Positions 54,683 to 64,000 of a stretch of 64,000 nucleotides of DNA are shown one piece after another; the first letter of the stretch is position 1, and the number at the start of each line of letters is the position of its first letter. Both the position numbers and the translations under genes were made by a program. A model generated the notes under the pieces. It did not search any database. It saw only the letters and a list, made by a program, of their open reading frames with translations, and was not told where the DNA came from. The stretch comes from Eledone cirrhosa (taxonomy: Eukaryota). The DNA lies in contig OZ024751.1 of the NCBI GenBank assembly GCA_964016885.1, positions 5,208,001 to 5,272,000 on the forward strand. Reading direction: 5' to 3'.

Positions 54683-55030
54683 CCGTGTGTACAACAACAC
54701 TGGCTAATTTGAAATAGTGTAGTATTCCCTCCCCCAACCTCCGTCCGACCCAATTTCAAGCATAAACATTGATGGAACCCAAGGTACAATAGAACAAACT
54801 TGCTCAAACTATGAAGCAACCAGGTCATGTGACTGAACCCGGGACCACAGAATTGTAAAGCGAACTACTAAATATTTCGGACATCACTGTCCAAACTGAC
54901 TTTATCAGTAATAACTATCAGGGTATATAATTTTATATATTTTTTGCTAGAGTTACTTCCCCTGTAATTTTTGATGTAGCCATGTTGATGTGTATCTGCG
55001 TATGTGTGTATGCATGTATATGTATATGTA

Positions 55031-55848
<818 letters not shown>

Positions 55849-55854
55849 TATGCA

Positions 55855-56062
55855 AAAGTTCTATTTAAATTGTTGGTATACAACAAATAAATATTTTTAT
55901 AACTGATATAAAGCACTCGACAAGTTTTTGGAGTAGATATACGATATTAATAAATGGAAACTATATTTATAAAACCATATTTATTTCATTATCCCTGAAA
56001 TATGTATAATGAAATGAATATGGTTTTATAAATATAGTTTCCATTTATTAATATCGTATATA
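55855..56062. mobile_element. Fold-back Penelope-type pLTR (family of 10086-10432)
   Basis: ~55-bp inverted arms around CCCTGAAATATGT. Confidence 0.75.
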
Positions 56063-56081
56063 TATATATATATATATATAT

Positions 56082-56544
56082 GGAAAGTTATATTTAAAAT
56101 TGTTGGGTTACAACTAGTAAATATTTATAACTGATATAAAAGCACTCGACAAATATTTGGAGTATATTTACAATATTAAATAAATGGAAACTATATTTAT
56201 AAAACCATATTTATTTCATTATATATATTTCGGGGATATCATATTAACAATATGCTATGCCTTCCTCAGACAAAATACAATATAAACAGTTTTATAGATA
56301 AATAGATTCGACATACCGTTATAACACCGACTTCCATTTGAAGAGGTTTATACCTGCCAGCTTAAACCTCTTCAAATGGAAGTCGGTGTTATAACGGTAT
56401 GTCGAATCTATTTATCTATAAAACTGTTTATATTGTATTTTGTCTGAGGAAGGCATAGCATATTGTTAATATGATATCCCCGAAATATATATAATGAAAT
56501 AAATATGGTTTTATAAATATAGTTTCCATTTATTTAATATTGTA
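56082..56544. mobile_element. Fold-back Penelope-type pLTR with 182-bp arms
   Basis: 56169-56350 / 56363-56544, 12-nt spacer. Confidence 0.85.
56436..56501 (+). ncRNA. Minimal type I hammerhead (mirror copy on minus strand at 56212-56277)
   Basis: TATTTTGT-CTGAGGA-A-GGCATAGCATAT/ATATGATATCCCC-GAAA-TATATATA^ATGAAATA. Confidence 0.7.
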
Positions 56545-56867
56545 TATATATATATATATATTTATATAAATGTGTGTATGTATGCGCATACATACATACT
56601 CTTTTACTCTTTTACCTGTTCCAGACAACTGTTTGAGGCCATGCTGGGGTATATGTATATATATATATGTATATATGTATATACATATATATATATGTAT
56701 ATATATATATGTATATATATATATATACATATATATATGTATATATATATATGTATATATATATATATGTGCGTGTGTATATATATAAATACATATATAT
56801 GTGTGTGTGTGTGTGTGTATGTGTGTGTGTGTATGTGTGTGCGTGTATGTATGTGTGTGTGTCTGTA

Positions 56868-56898
<31 letters not shown>

Positions 56899-56915
56899 AT
56901 GTATGTATGTATGTA

Positions 56916-56984
<69 letters not shown>

Positions 56985-57156
56985 ACATTTGATGTCTTTG
57001 TGTATTGATAATTCAAATTAGCGATCGACAATGCACTCAAGATATGAACGGAACTTCACATAAATGTGAAACAATTATAAACGAACCCCTCCCTCCCCTC
57101 CTCACCTCCCTCCCCACCCTTCACCCCTCTTCCTCCTCCCTCAGTCAGTTACAGTA

Positions 57157-57279
57157 TCTTCTTCTTCTTCTTCTTCTTCTTCTTCTTCTTCTTCTTCTTC
57201 TTCTTCTTCTCTTTCTTCTTCTTCTTCTTCTTCTTCTTCTTCTTCTTCTTCTTCTTCTTCTTCTTCTTCTTCTTCTTCT
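57157..57279. repeat. (CTT)n
   Basis: direct read. Confidence 0.95.
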
Positions 57280-57480
57280 CTTTCATTTCAGTGGATTCGT
57301 TCAGACTAAGTGGATAAAGATAAGAGAGTGACTCCAGTCTGTTTCGTTTTGACTTCATATCTCAGTGAACACAGTCGTGTCTCCAGTCACACTGGTTAAT
57401 TCTTCCTTATCTATTCAACCGATTGCCAGGACATTCGCTACCTTTAGAGAGAAGAGAAAGAGCAAAAATCGCTGCTGTCA

Positions 57481-58145
57481 TGTGTGTGTGTGTGTGTGTC
57501 TCTGTGTGCCTGTGTGTGTGTGGGTAAGTGTGTATGTGTGTAATTATGTGTGTGTGTGTGTCTCTGTGTGCCTGTGTGTGTGGGGGTAAGTGTGTATGTG
57601 TGTAATTATGTGTGTGTGTGTGTCTCTGTGTGCCTGTGTGTGTGTGGGTAAGTGTGTATGTGTGTAATTATGTGTGTGTGTGTGTCTCTGTGTGCCTGTG
57701 TGTGTGTGGGTAAGTGTGTATGTGTGTAATTATGTGTGTGTGTGTGTGTCTCTGTGTGCCTGTGTGTGTGTGGGTAAGTGTGTATATGTGTAATTATGTG
57801 TGTGTGTGTCTCTGTGTGCCTGTGTGTGTGTGGAGGTAAGTGTGTATGTGTGTAATTATGTGTGTGTGTGTGTGTCTCTGTGTGCCTGTGTGTGTGTGGG
57901 TAAGTGTGTATGTGTGTAATTATGTGTGTGTGTGTGTCTCTGTGTGCCTGTGTGTGTGTGGGTAAGTGTGTATATGTGTAATTATGTGTGTGTGTGTCTC
58001 TGTGTGCCTGTGTGTGTGTGGGTAAGTGTGTATGCGTGTAATTATATGTGTGTGTGTGTCTCTGTGTGCCTGTGTGTGTGTAGGTAAGTGTGTATGTGTG
58101 TAATTATGTGTGTGTGTGGGTGCGTGTGTATGTGTGTAATTATGT
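57481..58145. repeat. ~62-bp TG-derived minisatellite, ~10 units
   Basis: GGTAAGTGTGTATGTGTGTAATTATGTG..TCTCTGTGTGCCTG repeated. Confidence 0.9.
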
Positions 58146-58603
58146 GTGTGTATGTCTATATATGTGCGTGTGAATATGTCTATGTACGAATGTGTGTCTA
58201 TGTATGTATTTATGTATGTATATATGTATGTGTGTATGTATGTGTGTGTATGCATGTATGTGTGTGTATGTGTGTATACATGTGTGTATGTGTGTGCGCG
58301 TATGTATGTATGAGTGTATGCGTGTTGTGTGTGTGTGTTTGTGTATATGTATGTGTATATATGTATGTCTATGTACGAATGTGTATGTATGTATATATAT
58401 GTATGTCTGTGAATGTACATGTATGTGTGTGTATGTATGTGTGTGTATGTATGTATATATGTGTGTGTATGCATATGGGTGTACGTGTATATATGTATGT
58501 ACGAATGTGTATCTTTGTGTACATGTATATTTGTATATATGTATGTATATATATATATATGTATATATGTATTTATGTATGTATCTGTATATGTGTATAC
58601 ACG

Positions 58604-58647
<44 letters not shown>

Positions 58648-58902
58648 AATATATATATAGATATAGATAGGTAAATATACACGGGTGTGTATGATTGTGT
58701 ATAGAAGATTATATTAATAAGAGGAATTCCAACTTTGTCTGATTTACTCGTTTTATTTACAATCCTTTAAAATATATATAATATGGTATTATAATGAAAT
58801 AGTATGATAGAATATTAAATTCTAAGTGTTAATTGAACAAGTACTTTCATGCTTTCGCAATCTTCAGGTTCATGATATGTGGTGACAGTCGAGTTTGCAA
58901 TT

Positions 58903-58933
<31 letters not shown>

Positions 58934-59187
58934 GGGCGCCTATATGCATGTATATAAGTTCATATATAATTGAACAGACACACACCTACATACATACATA
59001 TATACACACATGCACACACACACATATATATATATATACACATTCATACATATACATACACATATCCACCACACTGCTATACACACACATATATATGAAA
59101 CACAGTCGCCATGGCAATGAATTTGTCTTCCTTTCAGTTTTCTGCTACATTGATGGAAAAAATGGGAAAATGTGATTACTGGGAAAC

Positions 59188-59297
59188 GTGAGTCTGATGA
59201 AGGCGGGGGTCTCTGGTTTGGCCTAGTGTCACGGAAGGAGCAACACAAAGCTGTTTTCCCAGCCCCTTCTAGATAACAGCTGAAATCTAGTACACAC
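59188..59297 (+). ncRNA. Possible decayed hammerhead
   Basis: GTGAGT-CTGATGA-AGGC...GCT-GAAA-TCTAGTACAC; stems I and III imperfect. Confidence 0.35.
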
Positions 59298-59322
59298 ACA
59301 CACAGATATATATATGTGTATA

Positions 59323-59640
<318 letters not shown>

Positions 59641-59710
59641 TAATATATATATGTGTGTGTGTATATATATATATATAAATATTTGTATGTATGTAAATAG
59701 GTACATAGGA

Positions 59711-59810
<100 letters not shown>

Positions 59811-59811
59811 T

Positions 59812-59859
<48 letters not shown>

Positions 59860-60048
59860 ATATATATATATAAATATTCATATATATGTAAATAGGTATC
59901 TAATATTTATATATATATATATAAATATATGTATATATAAATATGTATATATGTTGGTATATATGTATTAATAAATATGTATAAGTATACACATATATAT
60001 ATGTGTATGTGTATATGTATTATATTATATATAAGTATATACTGGATT

Positions 60049-60233
60049 GGATTGGCAGTATCGGTAGAGGGTCGGACGCCAAGCTTTGACGCATAGAGTT
60101 ATGGCCCTTGCCATTCTGAGTTCAAATCCCGCCGAGGTTAACTTTGCGTTTCATCTTTACGGGGTCGATGAAATAAAGTACCAGTAATGTACTGGGTTAT
60201 TGCTGGCCTTGTGCCAAATGTAGAAACAATTAT
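60049..60233 (+). mobile_element. OK-like SINE
   Basis: A/B boxes, core and tail. Confidence 0.9.
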
Positions 60234-60465
60234 ATATATGTATATATATATATATATATATTTTTGTATGGCAATGTGAGTTTTTTACTTTTCGTTTGAC
60301 CTTAGAATCTCACGCATACTTTCTTCATTTCATTTTGTAATACATATGTAATAAGGTTGTACATGAAAACAGAAACAAAGAGGGAGAAAGAGAGTGAGAG
60401 GTTGAGAGAAATAGCGAGGGAAAGAGAGAGAGAGGGAGAGAAGGGATATATTGATGATGAAAATA

Positions 60466-60521
<56 letters not shown>

Positions 60522-60625
60522 TATATGTATATACACGTACAATTATGTTGATATATATGCATATATATTGCTCATCTTCTACTGTGCAGCTGTAACCTCG
60601 ATTATACTCATTACCATTATTGTGA

Positions 60626-60685
<60 letters not shown>

Positions 60686-60686
<1 letters not shown>

Positions 60687-62692
60687 GAATGATTAAGTAT
60701 CGAAAGAGAGAAAAAAGGAAAGATAGGCGATACATATATTTAGTTGCCAATAGTTTATGCATATGTGCTCAATACTCGTGCTTACAGGGTTAAATGCCGG
60801 TTTTAACCGGAGAATCTCCTACATCCTTAATGCTAGCTCTAGAAACCAACCCCAACATAGGACTAATGTTATAGTAAGCCATACCTATAACAGAGCACGC
60901 TACAGCTATGACAGCGTAAAGAACTATAGTATAGAGAACCACACTAAGGAACTTGGCCACACAGTGAATTACACGAGTGGCGACCAAGACAACCGACAGT
61001 ATGGTAAGGGTTACCCGATTTGTAACGCCACCCGCTGAAGCCTATAATAATTCCCTAACTATAAGATTAGCAACGGCGGTCGCCTATTACCAATACCCTC
61101 CAACACGCATCTAGCCACACATGAAAATTACGGAAGGAAGGCGCCCCTACCTAAACATAAAGTAATGGGGACGCATAACTGGCTACAGTACAGGAACAAC
61201 CGTAAGTACTGTCAACTAGGAAGCACAACCTGTAGCAAACCCACTGTAAAGCGGAAACGCCACCGTAAATACCTATGGTTCCACCCCCTTACTCTCGGAG
61301 TGTGGCCTCCGACCTATCGAGCATATTCTCCGAAGCCTTGGAGAGGAATTTCCCACCTAATCATAAATACAGGAAAATACTTAACAGAAACAATATCAAA
61401 ATATCCTTCTCTACCACCCCCAATCTAGCTGACATCATAGGAGCAACTAATCAAAGTAAGATCAACAAAATACGGCACCTTAGCACAGATACAGCTAGAC
61501 CCGACACCAACACTAATAACCTTAACATCCCCCCAACAGCACCAAATAGTGTTGGTGGCAGCCCCGGCAGACGAAATCCACGTAACCAAGGCGTGACTGG
61601 AGAATATATCGGTGACCCACACGCCTCACCCACCGGCAACAGAACGGGCTGTCACGTGCGGAGTGATAATGGTACATCACCGCACGCCTCGAGATATAAC
61701 AGTACCAATGACCGAGTTAGAGACATAGATAACAACATAGGTAGCAATAGTAATAGCATTACTTCAGGAACTAGGAGCGACCGTGACGGAAAATGCAACT
61801 GTCGTGACAGGGGAGGCTGCCCTCTCAGGGGAAACTGCCTGACTGATAAGGTTATTTATAGGTGCACCGTAACTAGCCATAATGGAGTTAAACACTATAT
61901 AGGAGCCACCTCTGGCCAGTTTAAAACGAGATTTAGAACACATCTCCACTCTTTCAGGAACAAAAAACTAAGGCACTCCACATCACTTGCCAACTACGTC
62001 ACCACATTACAAGACGCCAACATCAGCTTCTCCACACACTGGAATATTGTCGGTAGGGCTGCACCCTACAACTTCAGGGGGAAATGCCAGCTCTGCCTTA
62101 TGGAGCTGTACTACATCATAAGAACACCCCACGAGCTCATAATCAGCCGAGCGAAATCAGTCATATATTGTAGACACCGGGTGCAGGCATCGTATTTTGC
62201 CTGGGAAGCGACTGCGACATGAAAGCTACGAACTGGGTCCCCCTGCCCTAACCATAACACCCCGGTGGGAAGGCGGTATAAACAAACATCTGTGAACCAA
62301 ATGTACATCGCAGACCATGCTCGAACAAGCTTTAGTGAAGCAACACCCACTAAATAATAAATGTACATCCCAGATCCGACTTGAACTGGCACTAGTGAAA
62401 CAACACCCATAATATAAAAATGCTAAACACCATCATATGAACAGGTATAAAAACCAAATGGGACTAGATTGTCTGAACAGCGGCCAGAGTTACTCCGCCT
62501 GCTCCGCGAAAATAACAACATATGCACGTAGGAGAAGAATGAACTCTGATGTTAATTTAACCGTGAAATCCCTCCTGGGTCCTGTATTGATTATTTTTTT
62601 TGTTTTCCATGCCTTGATAAGCCCATTCCGGGTAGGTGCACTGTTATATAAACATGTTCTAACGGTTTTAAACTCCTTGTATTCATTTCTTA
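60686..62692 (+). mobile_element. Penelope-like element remnant (Naiad-like) with no RT core, between (TA)n tracts
   Basis: GIY-YIG ORF inside; higher-GC island bounded by TA repeats. Confidence 0.75.
61165..62222 (+). pseudogene. Penelope GIY-YIG endonuclease with RT thumb/linker, one frameshift near 61288
   Basis: KRKRHRKYLWFHP|PYS, CNCRDRGGCPLRGNC, VIY..YIG, FKTRFRTH, CQLC..E, CRH. Confidence 0.88.
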
Positions 62693-63523
62693 TATATATA
62701 TAACTATATCTCTATATATATTTATGTATATATACACATGCATAGTTATATAAGTATGCATATATATATGTATATAAATATATGTATATATCTACATATA
62801 TACATACACCCATATTGGGTTATTCAAAATTGTTCATGACTTTGGTAAAGTGGAATAACTGAAACAGGCGCTCGGTCATCAGTGGAACGCACGGTGTGGA
62901 ATTATCTGTTTAACCAGAGTTTATCAATAGCGCTTTTACCCTCGCCTTAGTTGAAATCGAAAAACAGAAAATAATTGATTTCATTGCGACTAGTGATTGT
63001 AGACCAAGATTAAATGAGATTCGTTGTAGAAAGATTAAGAATGGTGGCGGGACTTTCCATTTTCTAAACGACTGAACACATTGGTTGAACAGATAATAAT
63101 CTGCTCAATAATTCTTTGTTATAACAAAACAACAATTGTTGTTATTGTAAAATCTGGGATGAAAATAAAAATGAAGTAATAATACATAAATTCTAATTTG
63201 ACCAACCATTAAATGTGAAGTGATAATCACCAGCTTAAGAATAGGTGATATAACAATAATTAATATAACAAGAACTATTTCTCCATTATAACTCCTTGCA
63301 AATCACTGATGGAGAAAAGCTTGTTAAATACTAACTGGAGCACCATAAACGTGGATATATCTACTTGGGTATTTGACGTTCTGAAATTACTCTTGAATCT
63401 CCCACAAATACCAGCACAGCGCCCTGAAAACATGGAAACAACGCTGTATAATATAGCCCCCACACATACGTATACAGTCTGGATGGTCATAGTTAGAACG
63501 CTTTTGATCATATGTTTGGTAAC

Positions 63524-63652
63524 ACAGGAATAGCCTGGTCACTCAGGATTGACCTGGTCACTCAGGAATGACCTGGTCACCCAGGATTGGCCTGGTCACT
63601 CAGGATTGGGGCCTGGTCACTAAGGAATAGCCGGGTCACTCAGGATTGGTCT
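63524..63652. repeat. ~20-bp tandem repeat (CCTGGTCACTCAGGATTGA-like), ~6 units
   Basis: direct read. Confidence 0.9.
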
Positions 63653-64000
63653 GTGGTGAAACAACGACAGTATAGGCGAGACATTCAACCGGTTTCGAAT
63701 GTCGTTTGAAGTAATTCTACATCATTTCTGAGGCTAATACAAAATGGCAAAACGACAGAGACATCGTCTTTCCAAAGTTTGATCTGGACGATAAATAGTT
63801 GGAATTTGGTCAGTGAGTCTAGATTAATGACGACCAGAATGAAGTATTTGTTTCTCTCTCTTTGTTTGGAGAGAAGATAGCCGTGCATAATTAACGAAAG
63901 TTTCATTGGTCAGGTTTTTTTTAACTTCTATAGCTGGAAACTTAGGTTATTATTGAACAAGTGGATCTGGAGAATTCAATAAATAATATTAACTCGGTTG

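Noticed and set aside
62540-62645. Hammerhead in the Penelope 3' region
   Set aside because: Only partial motifs (CTGATGT; TTGATAA-GCCC/GGGT without GAAA)
63275-63906. Short ORFs (73-78 aa) on both strands
   Set aside because: No recognisable motif or convincing splice context

Overview
AT-rich eukaryotic intergenic/intronic DNA made almost entirely of mobile elements and simple repeats. The SINE families and repeat landscape resemble an octopod cephalopod genome (inference). No intact host protein-coding gene is supportable; most track ORFs are microsatellite or satellite read-throughs. Contents: two near-full-length decayed R4/Dong-clade non-LTR retrotransposons (RT + restriction-like endonuclease), tail-to-tail, plus truncated copies, nearly all in (CATA)n; non-autonomous retroposons sharing a 3' TACTCG-N4-CGAG stem-loop and a (TATG)n tail; Tx1/L1 and RTE fragments; a Naiad-like Penelope GIY-YIG remnant; about 15 tRNA-derived SINE copies; a non-autonomous Helitron; several MITEs; an 8.7-kb 31-bp satellite and a 10-bp satellite. 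The most notable signal is a set of non-coding, (TA)n-embedded elements from several families carrying minimal type I hammerhead ribozymes. They show partial-tandem or fold-back architecture, with boundaries clustering at the ribozyme cleavage site (retrozyme / non-autonomous Penelope-like system). All analysis was by eye.
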